This document shows, one piece after another, positions 37,590-51,201 of a DNA stretch of 64,000 bases. A program made the translations under genes and the position numbers. The number at the start of each line of letters is the position of its first letter. Position 1 is the first letter of the stretch. This DNA comes from Squalus acanthias (taxonomy: Eukaryota). The notes under the pieces were generated by a model, which saw nothing but the letters and a program-made list of their open reading frames with translations, was not told the DNA's origin and made no database searches. The stretch is taken from positions 77,874,001 to 77,938,000 of the forward strand of contig CM059437.1 of NCBI GenBank assembly GCA_030390025.1, in the 5' to 3' direction.

Positions 37590-38282
37590 GTTAGTGTGAA
37601 TCAATTATTAATAAGGTAAATCAGGGACTGTGTGCATCCAAAGTGTTAATCTTGCATTAGAAGACAGACCAATGTTGCGGCCATTACTGGAGTATAGCAC
37701 GTGATTTTGGCCACCCTTCTTTGAAAAGGATTTAGATGCATTAGAAAGGGTTCCGAGAAAAATGATCAGGATGATTCCAGACATTTAGGAATTTATGGCT
37801 CAAGCAACTAATGTATTTTTTTCCTGGGGAACAGAAAGCTCCTGGCGAACATGATACAGGTCTTTAAAATCATGAAAGCTATAGACAAGGTTAAAACAAG
37901 CAAACTATTTAACTTGAACACTGAGCGTAGGGCTAGAGGACACACATGCAAATTTTAGAAGCCTCAAGCAATGTAAGAGGATACATGTGGAGCAAACTCG
38001 CAGAGAAAGTAGTTGATTCAGGGTCAATTGACATCTTTAAAAGGGAGTTGGAGCAGTAGATGTGGTTGAGATGGGGGTTGAGCATCATAGAAATATTAAT
38101 CATACTGCTTGATCTTTTTCAAAGGAAGGAGCGCAAGGAACCTTAGCATTCTTTAAAATTGGTGATCGACAGTGGTTTGAAAGGAAAGTTCATGGTCAAA
38201 TAATCATGCACGCACTCTAGATGGAGTGGGCTTAATAGGCTGACTAGCTTTTACCTCTCTCTGGATTTTCTTATGTTCTTGT
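37590..38282 (+). mobile_element. Old CR1 3' fragment
   Basis: Degenerate LRPLLEY...DLDALERV coding remnant and a ttcttatgttctt tail. Confidence 0.65.
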
Positions 38283-39762
38283 ACTGTTATGAATTGCATC
38301 AGATGATCCCCATTGATTTTTTTTAATTTGTCCTCGGGATGTGGGTGATGCTGGCAAGGCCCCATTTATTGCCCAGCCCTATTGCAGTTGATTGGCTTGT
38401 TAGGCCACTCCAGAGGGCATTTAAGAGTCAACCATGCAGTGTGGGACTGACGTCATGGATCAGCCAGACCAGACAGGGGTGACGGGTTCCTTTTTGTCTG
38501 AAGGATATTAAGTGAACAATGTTGGATTTTGTACAACAATGTGGCAGTTTTCACGGTGATTTATTTTTTGGGTGCCTCATGAATTATTGGCGTAATATTA
38601 ATAATATTTGCAAAGGAACCACTGCCCAGAGTCTCTATGTCATCTCTCTTCCCTACCTCCAGCCTAGGGGAAGATGCACGGGAGTAACCTGCAGGAAGTG
38701 ATCTGTTGAAGGGAAAACTTCAAGTAAAGATTAATGGAACCAAATCTATTTATAGTGCATTCTAATATAGTGAAAATAATCCAGTATCCCACTGCACATA
38801 TAACCGAATGGAATAACATTCCTATAATAGTGAAGCTACGATAAATTTGCAGTGAATCTCGAGTACTAATCTTACATGTTTTATTCCACATGGACTAGGA
38901 GAGTGAAAATCAGTGGAAACTTGTGCTTCCAGTTATAAAGTGCGTAATTGCTGTGAACTGACCGAATCTCTTCATTATATATTTTTCTCCAATAAGCTGC
39001 AGGAAGTGGTTAATGTGCTCTTTAAATCAGTGTTTAGAATGCATCAATTTTAAGTTGACTGGACTGTTTACTGTAACTGTACTTGAACTTGCTGTTGCTT
39101 CCTCTGTTTCAACTAAACTGTTGGCTGATCACACTCGGTTGGCTCCTGTTACAGGGAAATGTCGTGGAAAATCACTTGTTTGTTTGTATGGTGGGTGATA
39201 AGATTTTGCAGTCAGATCCTAGTTTACATGCCTGATTAGAGAGAAAATAAAATCAGCCTTTCTTGCTCTGTGAATGCATAACTTCTACTATAATAACGTT
39301 ACACTTTACTTTTGTGTTATAAATCATGAAGCAATTAATATCTAGCTTTTTGGGTTCCTTACTTCTTAGCTGAAGTAGTGAACTTAAGTAAAACTCTAGG
39401 CTCAGTTGGTAAGTACGCTTCATGGAGTGGAAGTTATACAGAACAGGCATAACATGGTTTGATCACTGGTCTGTTGTTAGCACAAGTAGTTACGAGCTTC
39501 AGTAATATGTGCTTTGTTTTTCACAATGATCAGTGATCACAAAATACGATACCCATGACTTTGCTTTCATGTTGCAGTTTTGAGGTGGGTTTTCAAATGG
39601 AATTTAAAATGAGAAAAGGGGAGAATTCAAGACACATTTCATTATTACATAGCAAATCACAGCTTGTATCTTATTTTCTCAGAATAATCCACTTCCTATG
39701 TTTACTTCTTCCTTATTTTAAAAAAACACTTGAAATTCTGACACACAGCTTTTCTTTTACAG

Positions 39763-39824
39763 ATTGTTTGAACTGCAGTAAAATTTCCCAGCTGACAGAC
39801 CGTTTGGGTACATTGGAGTCTAAG
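39763..39824 (+). CDS. EMID1: Internal coding exon of an EMID1-like gene (CxxC + coiled-coil segment after the EMI domain)
   Basis: Acceptor cttttcttttacag|, 62-nt exon, donor AAG|gtacat. Phase 1 to 0 translation (D)CLNCSKISQLTDRLGTLESK resembles recalled EMID1 GCLNCSKVSELTERLKVLEAK more closely than the paralogue COL26A1 (ECMNCTRLSDMSERLTTLEAK). Confidence 0.85.
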
Positions 39825-40167
39825 GTACATTGAGCTGATTCTGATTGAAATGCGGTGTCCTTACTGAATTCTAGGATGTTTTATTTTACATAGAATATAC
39901 AGCAATGAAACAGGCCATTCAGCCCAACTACTGTAGTCTGCTGGTGTTTATACTCCACACGAGTCTCTTCCCATTCCATTTGCCTCATCTCAGCCTTTCA
40001 GCATATCTTTCTATTCCCTTTTCTCTCACCTACTTGTCTAGTTTGCTCTTGAAAACATCTAAGCTATTTGACTCAACCACTTCCTGTGGTACCAGGTTCC
40101 ACATTCTAACCACTCTGAGCAAAGAAGTTTCTCTTTGTTTACCTATTGTATTTACAAGTAACTACCT

Positions 40168-40750
40168 TGGCCCGGAATTTGCGGTCAGCGGCGAAGCGAC
40201 AGCATTGAAGAATCTCATCGATGAATTCTCACAGACAGCAAACCAGGAAATAAAAAGCACTGATTCAATTCACTTTTTAAAAATTTTACAGAGAGCAAAA
40301 TAAAGATTGGTACATACACATGAGGTTAAGGTAGAAGCTGAAATATCATAAAACAAACTTTAAAAAAGATTTTTTACATTTATTTTATTATTTTAAAAAT
40401 CTAGTAATTTTCTATTATAAGGAGAAATTTGACATTCCACAGAAATAAAATTTGTTTTTCAGGGCCAGAACGGTTGTTCAGCAGTCAATATGCCATTAAA
40501 ACCCCAGTTACACCTATTCCAACAAGGTTTAACTTTTAATGGGGTGTTTAACAGCGTAATTAGATCAGAAAAACTTAAGTTTTCGTCAGTTCAATTGATT
40601 TCACTGATTGCCATCTATGGGGAGTTACACAGCGCAGCCTGTGTTGGAGCAGTGAATGATTGACTGCAACTTCAGGATATCCGTGTTTATCTGCGCATGT
40701 GCTAAATCCTGAAGTTACCGTCAGTTTCGGAGGGGTAATGACTGCGAACT
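40168..40750. mobile_element. MITE-like element (GGCCC-type end) between CR1 remnants; related sequence at about 31950-32566
   Basis: Starts ggcccggaatttgcggtc, like 53594; AT-rich core. Confidence 0.5.
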
Positions 40751-42636
40751 GACCAGGATTTTATACAAGTTTAACCTAACTTCACTATTTTTGAATTCTA
40801 TACCGCTAGAAATAAATCCCAGTGCTTTGTTAGCATTTTTAATTGCCTTACTGACCAGCGATGCTGCTTTTAATGATTTTATTCTATTCTGATCAAATTT
40901 GAATCCTGTCAACAGAGGAAGGAGAAGTCTAGATCCTGTTTGAACAATGTAAAAAAAATCGCTTTTGGCAAAATAATTAAATAGCTTGAGACAATAATGC
41001 GATATGTAAATTATTAGCACTGCCAGCTGGTTGTGACATAGCAGTAAACAACAATGAAGGTTTTTGACATGGTGAAATGATTATAAAATTCCTTCTGAAA
41101 ATCTGCTCCGTGGAAAAATGCAGAAACAGATCTTTTCTGTGTAGAATCCTGCTTGTTTCAAGTGTAAATGGTTTGGAATACTTTACGCAGGTGTTAGATG
41201 TACTTTCAAATGAATTTTGAAACTGGCTTAAGAAAAGCCTGAGGTAATTTTTTGCATTAATTGCTTCATTTTTTAACTGCAGAGGATCCAGGCGAAAACT
41301 CCCCTACTACTTGTTGTAGGCACATTACAGGTCACGGTCAATGACCATTAAGACACCAAGGGTCATCAAGGAAGTAGACAACCTTCCCACCTTTTATTCA
41401 TTCAAAAATCTGATCTAGAGAAATACTACTGCTAATTGTGGATTGTGACTGGATTTAGATAAAGTTATGTCCCTAGTTCTACTATCGATCACTTTTGATC
41501 TGCAAAGGACAGTTTGGTCCAGTCCAGTTCAGGTTGGCCTCCAATCACAGTGTGGACTCAAATAGAATGACACAATTGTATGTTTGATCATTGTTTTCTA
41601 GATGTTCCCTGATTTTTTTTTTAAATCACCAAAATCTTGAAGGAGTCTATACTATATTAAATAATCATTTTCTTCAATTTGTAAAGAAGTTATATACTTA
41701 TGCTGAGGCTAGGTCAAATAATCCACTTTCCTGTATTTTCTTCCATATAAAAAAAAGTTCACTTTCCCTTTCTCTAGTCCAGCAAAGACGAGGCCGCATT
41801 CTCCCTGGGCTAGGGAAAGAAAAAGTCGGCCAGGTTTCTTGCTCTTTATTCTGACCTCATGACAATGTGCGCGCAGCACGTAGATGGAAAATGAGGGCAG
41901 GAATGAGCTCAGCTGTGATGTCCCACCAGTGGTCACAGACAGTATCCTGACAAACACCAGTTGTTCTCCACATATGACGAATAACTCTTTGGATGGGGTA
42001 TTGAAGAGCTGCCCAATCCTGTCTTCGCCGAGACATGTTTTAGTGTGACAGCTAAGCAGGTAAATTAAAGAAAAATCTATATTTGCAGATTGATACAGCT
42101 CAAGGTGTCAGAATTAATGGGGGAGGGGATGGAACAATAAACTTTACACAGGGTGGTTAGAATGTGGAATTCTCTGCCATGAATAATTTATGAAGCAGAG
42201 TCCATCAATTATTTTGAAAGGGATTTGGACAGTAGCTTGAAAAAGATGAATGTTTAAGAAATGTCTAGGAAGTGAGGAGGAGAGTGGGTTTAGACAACAA
42301 GGCTCACGTGGAGAAAAATACCAGTGCAAACATGTTGTAGGCTGGTTACTATGGCTCATCTCGGATTAATTTTTCATTTCACATTTTTGCTCCATGTAAG
42401 TGAACAGTAAGTGATTCGAACCGGATTTGCTGTCTCTCAATCTTCGCTCCTAGATCAAAAGATTAATGATCTACCTATACGTATGTTAGAAGCCCTGACA
42501 TTTAGTCTGATCCTGGTTCACTTTTTAAAACCTTCCCCACGGTCGGAATTTTACAACCCGCACTTGCAAACACAGTGCTTGTGCGCACAAAAGTCACCCA
42601 AAAAAAACCCTTGACTGCTTTGTCCTTGCACTACAG

Positions 42637-42781
42637 GTGGCTTTACTGGCAGCTGCAGAGCCGGTCAGCTCTCTGTTGACAAACCGTGGACACCTGACGG
42701 TTAAAGGAGCAACTGAAGATACGTTTAAACTCCGAGGCGCCCCAGCTGCACGAGGCATGCCTGGAGCTCGGGGACCTAAAG
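42637..42781 (+). CDS. EMID1: Next coding exon of the EMID1-like gene (linker into the collagen Gly-X-Y region)
   Basis: Acceptor tttgtccttgcactacag|, 145-nt open exon VALLAAAEPVSSLLTNRGHLTVKGATEDTFKLRGAPAARGMPGARGPK, donor AAAG|gtcagt. Its phase 0 start is compatible with the previous exon, and it ends in Gly-X-Y triplets. Confidence 0.8.
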
Positions 42782-43199
42782 GTCAGTCGTAACAAAACAC
42801 ATCCATATTTTCTTTTAAAAAGAAAACAACATATATTTTGTGGACTTGATTTCCCACATGCTTCATTCAGATGAACTGTTTTGAGGGCAGTGATTTATTG
42901 GACAAAGCTCTCGCAGTCATACTTTGCACAATCTGATTCAGTGAGAGAAAAATGTTGTCTTTGAGAATAAGCTTTGGTTTTATTAATACAAATCTTTGGT
43001 TTATTAATACAAATCTTTGCTTTCGCTAAGAAATTATATAGCAATGAAATATTTGAGCTGCATTCTTGATGACCAGCTTATTTTATACCATCCAATTTAT
43101 GGACCATCTTTGGGGAAATCACCATTCTAAACTATTTTTATCCCTTACCCCTGTTCATACTGTTCTTTGAAAATTGGAATGCCATACTTTTGCCACATT

Positions 43200-44135
43200 T
43201 TCGCCATACTGGGTGCCCTACTTCAGAATGAATGTCCAGGCAACGGAGAGGGTGCAGAAGAAATTCACCAAGATGCTCTAGTTATGAGGAGAGACAAAAG
43301 TAACTAGGGTCTTTTCATTAGAACAGAGAAGGGTAAAAGGGTATTTGAGGGAAGGCATTCAAAATTATGTACAAAGAGTTTTGATAAGGTAAATATGGTA
43401 AAACATTGGTAAAAATATTGCTTGGTGAGTCAGTAACCGGGGCCAAATATAAGATCATCAACAAAAGGCCAAAGGGAGAGAATTAGGAGATTTATTTTAC
43501 ACAGAGGGTTCTTAGGACATGGTCTACCCTACTCTAAAGAGAGTACAAAAGTAGAGAAGTTATGCTGAACCTTTATAAAACGCTGGTTAGGCCACAACTG
43601 GAGTTTTGCATCCAGTTCTGGTCACCACACTTTAGGAAGGATGTGAAGGCCCTTGAGAGGGTGCAGAGGAGATTTACCAGAATGGTTCCGGGGATGGGGG
43701 TTCTTAGCTACAAGGACAGGTTGGAGAAGCTGGATTTGTTTTCATTAGAGCAAAGAAGGTTGAGGGGTGATTTGATAGAGGTGTACAAGATTATGACTGG
43801 TTTGGATAGGCTAGACGGGGAAAGGCTGTTCCTACTAGTTAATGGTACAAGGACTAGGGGACACAGATTTAAGGTTTTGGGCAAGAGATACAGGGGGGAC
43901 CTGAGGAAAAACTTTTTAACGCAGCGAGTGGTGATGACCTGGAATTCGCTGCTGACGGAAGTGGTGGAAGCGGAGACACTCAATGTTTTCAAGGGGAGAC
44001 TGGATAGGCACTTGAGGGAAATAAACTTGCAGGGCTACGGGGATAGAGCGGGGGCAATGGGACTGGCTGAATTGCTCTACAGAGAGCTGGCATGGACTCG
44101 ATGGGCCGAATGGCCTCCTTCTGTGCCTCTATGAC
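43200..44135 (+). mobile_element. Old CR1 remnant followed by a younger CR1 3' fragment (ORF 43562-44134)
   Basis: LYKTLVRPQLEFCIQFWSPHFRKDVKALERVQRRFTR...RTRGH. Confidence 0.9.
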
Positions 44136-45452
44136 GTTTGTGTTCTTTTTCTTAAGATTTAACCCCGTGAATTAAAGGAGGACAGCTGAGGATACATTTC
44201 TAGTTGTGTCATGTTGCCTTGTCTTTTGATTTTTGGGTCAAGTAGTTAAGGCTTGTCTGCAACTTGTAATATTGTTGGTGCTCCTTAGTGTCATGCTGCA
44301 ACTACATTTTTGAAAAATTCAGACTGTGTTATCTTCAGCTTTTGCTATGAAAAATCAAGTTACAGCAATTCATATTGTAGCAAAAATGTTAATCGGTATG
44401 CAGAAAACCCAAACCTGTTCTGATTAGCATTGCAGTCCAGGTCTTGTCGTCAAAAACATAGAAAATACCCTGTAGGATGTTTCATTCAAACAACCAATGT
44501 ATCAAATACTTTATTGGAGCACATATCACGGAATCCTATAGGGCAAAAAGCAATTCTTTTTTTTAGCTATATGTTTTGTCAGGTCTAGTAGGACCCAACT
44601 GAATGAATGGAAAATATTTTTAGATAAAAAATTATGCAAGCACCTAAATAGCAAGAACACCACCAAATATTCTTATTTTACACTGGTTTTCTTTTCAGCA
44701 AAGAAGATCGAGGTAATAAACATAAAGTTGAGTCTGCTTTTGCTTTGCTTGTAGAAATTTGCCAACTCCAGACAGGAGATACCTACAGCACAGTTTTCTA
44801 CATTTCAATAAAAGCAAACACAGTTCCTTAATTTGTCATAAATTTTAAATCATTTGTATTGTAGCTTTCACAAAAACTGATCAGGTTGATTTTGTCTTGT
44901 GAACCAGTCTGATTAATGCACCAACTGAAACATTTGCCCCAGTAGATTTATGTCTTGCTTTGGTTTAATGGATGCTTTTATGCTACATTTTAAAATTTGT
45001 TGCTCGCTTTACTTTTTGCCAGGAGTCACTGAAGTAGAACCCACTAGATAATTCAGATTTGTGTCTCCAAATCATGCAGTCAGAATCAAAAGTCCAACCA
45101 TCTAATTGGACTTTTTGAATCTTAAAGATGCTCTACTGGCAGAAAAGCTCGTAGCGAGCATCTACAAAGTACAAAGTTGCCTCCAATATTTTTCCAGGGA
45201 TCCTGTTTTAGGCAGTCACACAGATTAGACTTAAACTTATTTAAGTAGTTATAAAACTTTAAGGCTAGATGATTTCAAAATTTTCTTTGGGCAAAAATTA
45301 CAACAAAGTTTGTTCTAGGGTGCCATCTCTGGGAATATAGTGATTTATAATATATGTAAGGAATTTTCAATGGATAATAGTCCTTATAATTAGAGGTGAT
45401 CTAATCTCCATAGAATAATTTATGAAGATTACATCATATCACATTCTAATTA

Positions 45453-45796
45453 CAGGAAACTCTTTATTAACCGGCACCGACGGGACCGGCGTGGTGCCGG
45501 TTAATCAAAAAGCCCGGATAACGGAGAGTTATATCTCCCAACGATCGAGAGCCCCGTACACACTGACATGCGCCTGCATTCGGAGCTCCGTCTCCCCGGG
45601 GACTGCCAGCTGGCCATCTGTCGTGTCCGCTGCCTACCCGGGCTGCACATTCCCCTCCCAATCTACACGCTCCGATACAAGGCAAAAGTTAATTTTAAAC
45701 GAGAGATGAAGGAAAACCCCGGTTACCTACTCAAGAATTTTGCCGGTTAAGAGAGATTTCCGGATATTTGGGTGCCGGTTAATAAAGAGTTTCCTG
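45453..45796. mobile_element. Tc1/mariner-superfamily (pogo/Tigger-like) MITE
   Basis: Perfect 26-bp TIR caggaaactctttattaaccggcacc (45453-45478 and 45771-45796), flanked by TA on both sides. Confidence 0.92.
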
Positions 45797-47078
45797 TACT
45801 GGGGCTATTTGTCCATTTAAAACCTTTTTGAAGAGCATCAGTCTCAAATTGCATTCCACACAATAGCTAAATCTGCTCTTGCATTGCCACCAATCCATTT
45901 GGGACTTGGAGAGGATACATCAGTTTCGCACTGCCTTTGAGTTCTGCATTAAATTCTGCTGGAAGTGAGGGAGGGTGTAAGATGTGCCCACCCTAGCTAC
46001 GGCACAGCTATGCAAATGATGGGTTTAGACCAGGATGACATCCTGGCCAACATTTATCCCTCAACCAACATCACTAAAACAAAAAAAAAACAGATTATCT
46101 GGTCATTTACAGTATCTCATTTTTCTTTGGAGGACCTTGCTGTGTGAAGATTGACAGCTATACGTGCCTACACTTCAAAGGTGCTTCATTGGCTGTGAAG
46201 CTATTTGGGAGATCCTGAGTTTGTGAAAGGCGCTATATAAATGCAAGCTCTTTCTTTTCTTATAGGAACTAAATTGTAACATTTACACTCCAAGATCCAC
46301 TGATCTAATTTATGCTACAAAAAACAGGCCGATATTAGACCAGCAGCTGAGGATGGCTGATGCTGGGATCTTAAAGGTGAATTTCGGTGCTATATTGCTG
46401 TTGGATAGAGGCTCATTACTTTACTTTATTTTGGACTGGTCTTTTGTCAAAAAAAATTGCTCTTTATTATGGAGGCTCCCAGCTTCAATTGGAATTCTCC
46501 TTTCAGACTATTTCTTGTTTGAGAAATTTCCCTAAAATGAAGGGAAGGCTGCAAATTGATTTTCCCTGTGGGACGGGTGGGGAAATTTGAAAAAAGTGGG
46601 AGCGGGTCAGGAACCCGCTGTCATCCCGCCACCACACGCCTTTCCCTTGGGTGCATTTGCCGGTGGGCAGTGACCCGACCGGCAGAGATGGGCGACCTAA
46701 TTGAAATCATTAGAACCTTTCGTTACAGACACTTAAGAGCCTTTTTCCCCCTACGTTTTAAATTTTCCTGCATGGCCACGGGATTTACGCAGCTCGGGAA
46801 CCACGTCTGTCAACCTGAGGCGGGAGTTGAGTGGCCATTGCTCCAGCTGATTACTTGACAGCATCAAATGTAGTATAAAAGCACCCACCTGACAGATGAT
46901 CACTTTCCTCAGGCAGAAGCTGTTGCTGACTGCATTCCCAGCACAGATTGAACTTTCTGCAGGCTGCAAGTCTTTCCAGCAAAGTCTCCATCCAGTGTCA
47001 CCTCATTGGAAGAACCTCTCTCACCATTGACAGATTGCTTCTGTCAACTCTACTTGATCTGCCATCTATTCCATCAGC

Positions 47079-48283
47079 ATGGGTGCCGTTTATACTGTTT
47101 CACCTTGGTCCTCAGCATCTGACCACAATGAGCCTCAACACCAACAACACCACCACCAACCTTCTCCTTAATACCCTGATGCTCCAGAGGGCATCAGCAC
47201 AGAGCTGTATCGCGCCGGAGGTGGTACTCCCAACACAGGGTATACGGGCAGAGGATGAGCTTCCTCAACCTGACTGAGCAGCAGTGACAAAGGAGGCTCA
47301 GGCTATCGTGCCAGGTTGTCGCAGACATTTGCACATTGTTGGAGGAAGACCTGCAGCCCAGAGGTGCGGGTGGACACGCCTTACCAGTGGCTGTCAAAGT
47401 CACCAGTGCCCTCAACTTCTTCACCTCAGGCTCTTTCCAGGGATCTGCAGCAGACATTTGCAGCATCTCGCAGTCGGCTGCCGACAGATACATCACACAG
47501 GTCACCGATGCCCTGTTTGACAAGTCAGCCAATTATATCAACTTTGTCACTGATGAAGCCAGTGTTACTGAGCGGGTGCGGGCCTTTGTCGCTCTGGCTG
47601 GCTTCCCACGGGTGCAGGGTGTCAACGACCGCACGCAAGTGGCCACCAGGGCACCCCATCACCACCCAGGAGTCTTTGTCAATCGCAAGGGCTTCCACTC
47701 CCTCAACGTGCAACTGGTCTGCAACCATAGTAAGATCATCATGCATGTGTGCGCCAAATTCGCTGGTAGCTGTCATGACTCTTTCGTCCTGCGCCAGTCC
47801 ACCCTCCCTCAGCTCTTCGCACCTTTCCAGCTTGGAGATGAGGGCTATCCACTGAAGATGTGGCTCATGATACCCTTGAGGAGGCCAAGTACTGAGGCCG
47901 AGGAGTGATATAATGAAAGCCACATCTCCACCAGATGTGTCATAGAGCAGCCAATAGGCATGCTGAAAAAGTGCTTCAGATGCCTTGACAGATCTGGAGG
48001 AGCCCTTCAGTACGCACCAGCCAGGGTCTCCAGAATCGTCATGGTTTGCTGCACCCTGCACAACATAATGCAGCAGCGAGGATTAGCGCTGCATGAGGAT
48101 CAAGGCACTGAGCACACAGCCTCTTCAGAGGAGAAGGAGCAGGAGGAGGAGGAGGAGGAGCAGCAGCTGGAAGACGAGGAGGAGCAGGAGCTGGAGGAAC
48201 CTGCTGTGCAGATGGCACCAACACTCGAGCACATTGCTGCCTGGGAGGCCAGGGATGGCCTCATCATGGCCAGATTTACTTAA
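47079..48283 (+). pseudogene. Harbinger DDE transposase (HARBI1-like DDE_Tnp_4) with stops and indels
   Basis: [68 protein letters not shown] and an acidic tail; in-frame TGA at about 47286 and 47906. Confidence 0.92.
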
Positions 48284-48579
48284 CTTTACGCAGTACACCC
48301 ATATGGCTGCCACATGCTTCGCCAGGCTGGCAACACCCCACAGTCACACCATAAAGCAGTCCCTACAATGACCAATCCATTCCTTTCACAGTCACCACCA
48401 TTGCTGGAGATAGCATTATGTCTGACCCTTCACTCCAACTAACTAAGCCACTTCCAAAGGTGCACACAAATTTGTCCAAGACCGGAAAGTTTTGAAAAGA
48501 AAGAAATTTATGGTTCACATTAAATAAACTGAAACTTCACATTAACATTGATTAAAACACCTAAGTGGCTACCCTTGTG

Positions 48580-51201
48580 AATCTACTTGCGTGGCATCTT
48601 TCTCTTACGTGTGCTTCTACGTGGTGCTACCCCTGTGGCTTCAGCAGAGTTAGAGGCAGCCTCCTCACTTCCCTGCTGTAACTGCTTAGACACTTTTTGA
48701 CGGTCATCCTCTGGGTTTTGGAGCCTGTGATAGCCCCGCCAAAATCTGCTCCTCCTGTGACTGTGCAGGGGCAGACTCGGCCATCACTGTCCGGGGAGGC
48801 ATCTGGGGCTCTGACTGAAGGGATGGCAATGGGGGAGAAGTGTGAGCGCTTTGAGAGGAGCCCCATTTCCATGTCCCCTCTCACCATCATCCCTCTCATG
48901 GGCCACCCGCACTTCACTGCTAACAAGGAGCAGGAGAGCACCTTTCTGCACATCAGTGGGGCCGTGAGGACCCATGTCTACACTGACATCCCTCATAGAG
49001 ATGAGGTCTATGAGCCTCTGCCATCTATTCTCCATAGAGACCTTGTGCTCCTGTGAGTGGCGCATTAGCTGCTCCATGCAGGTGGCCATCCTATCCATGG
49101 AAGAGCCTACAGTCACCATCGCCTGCAACACGGTAGTGCTCATGTTGGAGAGGGACTCCTCCATTCTCTGGGTGGTGCTCATGTTGGAGATGGACTTCTC
49201 CATTCTCTGAACACTGGCAGTGATCGCACTCGCAAAACCTGTCAGAGCCTCCTGCGCTTGTTCCTGCAGCTCCAGGATCGCCCTCTTTCTGGATGGCCCC
49301 CGAGGCTCAGCGTCTGCAAGCAGCTGAGCAGGGCTGGGAGAGTCCTGCGCCCTCCAACGAGGAGTCTCCACTGCTGTCCCTCTCTCCACAATCTGCTGTT
49401 GCTCCTTTGTGATTTGTGACACACCAGGTGACAACACTACTCTATCTCGTGTGGGACCCACAGAGGTATGCGTATCTGCTCTGGTGCTGGGTGTGCTTCT
49501 ATCTGGTGATGGTGCGCCCTCAGAGGCTGGAGGCGCTTCTGAGGAGTCATCTTCCTCTTGCTCCTGGACAGTGGTGGGGGCTATTGATGGACCTGTGAAA
49601 GAGTGAAGAGATGAGTTAGATATTATATGTAGTTTGGGTACTGATACCATTCGGCCTTCGGTCTCCTGAGGAAGAGAGTGTTTGAAGACCAGGACCTCAA
49701 ACCCGGCACTAAGCTCATGGTCTACAGAGCAGCAGTGATACCTGCCCTGCTGTATGCCTCAGAGACATGGACCATGTACAGCAGGCACCTCAAAGCACTG
49801 AGAGGTACCACCAACGCTGCCTCCGCAAGGTCCTGCAAATCCATTGGCAGGATAGGTGCACCAACGTCAGTGTTCTCGCTCAGGCCAACATCCCCAGCAT
49901 CGAAGCTTTGACCACGCTCGATCAGCTCCGATGGACGGGTCACATCGTCCGCATGCCGATACGAGACTCCCAAAACAAGCGCTCTACTCGGAGCTCCGAC
50001 ATGGCAAGAGAGCCCCAGGTGGGCAGAGGAAACGCTTCAAGTACATCCTCAAAGCCTCCTTGAAAAAGTGCAACATCCCCACTGACACCTGGGAATCCCT
50101 GGCCCAAGACCGCACAAAGTGGAGGAGAAGCATCCGGGAAGGCGCCGAGCACCTCGAGTCTCTTTGCCGGGAGCAAGTGCAAGCCAAGCGCAAGGAGTGC
50201 ACGTCAACCCAAGCACCCCACTCATCCACCCCTTCAACCACCGACTGCCCCAACTGTGACAGAGACTGTAGGTCCCGCATTGGACTCATCAGTCACCTGA
50301 GAACTCATTTTTAATGTGGAAGCAAGTCATCCTCGGTTCCAAGGGACTGCCTAAGAAGAAGTAGTAGTAGATACCATTATGCACATGATGACCTTTCAAT
50401 GGCTGCTGACATCAGTCCCCATATGAGTGACTGATGTATGCCATGTAGCTGTATATGTAATTCTGTCACCAGGTTGCTGAGATGTCCCCGTCTCCTACCT
50501 CCAGGTGCTCGGTGACTCGTGCCAGCTCTAATGCAGCCTCCTCTGCTGTGGTCAGGGTGGTCATTGATGCTGTTCCACCGCCAGTTCTCTCCCTCACCCT
50601 CTTATTGTGGGCTCTTTTCCTGCAAGGAGGGAAAGAAGAGAAGGTTGAGTGAGAGTGATGGAATGAGTTTAAGGAATGGATGGGTTACATCTGTAACTGA
50701 GTGACTATGATGGAGTGGGGTGGCAATTCCAAGTGGCCTCCTTGTGTGTTATTAGTTGGTATGATTGCACTAGGATGAGGGTGAGTGTGAGGGGTGGCTC
50801 GTAAGATGGGGATGTGATCATGTAGATAGAGAGAGGGATGGGTGGAGGTGCAAGGTATGTTGGTGTGAGTAAGGATGTGCAGGAGAAGGGTTGGGAAGGC
50901 AGAGTGATGGGGATGTGATGAGAGGCACTGCAGGATGAAGGTGAGTGTGACTTTGGACTCACCTTTCCTCATCTAACAAGATCGTTGAAGTGTTTGCAGC
51001 ACTGCACCCAGGTCCTCCTGAAGACATCCCTGCTATTCACCTCCTCTGCTATTTGGAGCCAGGCTCCTTTGCTCTGCTGGGGAGGACTCTTCCTCCCATC
51101 AGCAGGGAAGAGGACCACCCTGCGTGCTCTGACTCCCACACAAGCATATGGAGTGAGTCATCGGAGAACCTGGGTGCAGCCCTCTGCCTCTGTGCAGTCA
51201 T
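48580..51201 (-). pseudogene. Harbinger Myb/SANT DNA-binding partner gene, three exons (51201-50963, 50619-50470, 49592-about 48580)
   Basis: RAAPRFSDDSL...AWLQIAEEVNS...RTWVQCCKHFNDL, donor AAG|gtgagt. Exon 2 (acceptor ttgcag|) encodes KRAHNKRVRERTGGG. Exon 3 acceptor ttcacag|. Confidence 0.8.
49652..50369 (+). mobile_element. RTE-clade LINE 3' fragment inserted in a Harbinger intron
   Basis: KLMVYRAAVIPALLYASETW, QLRWTGH, RLPKQALYSEL and a C-terminal C2H2 finger CPNCDRDCRSRIGLISHLRTH. Tail (aag)n(tag)n; TSD gataccatt at 49643-49651 and 50370-50378. Confidence 0.92.

Noticed and set aside
41283..41330. Possible 48-nt phase 0-0 exon (RIQAKTPLLLVVGTLQ) between the two EMID1-like exons
   Set aside because: The donor gtcacg is poor, and recalled homologues join the two flanking exons directly.
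42972..43018. Tandem duplication of about 21 bp
   Set aside because: Ordinary slippage in AT-rich DNA.
47336..48283. Host HARBI1 gene
   Set aside because: In-frame stops, a paired Myb gene and related copies nearby indicate a transposon.
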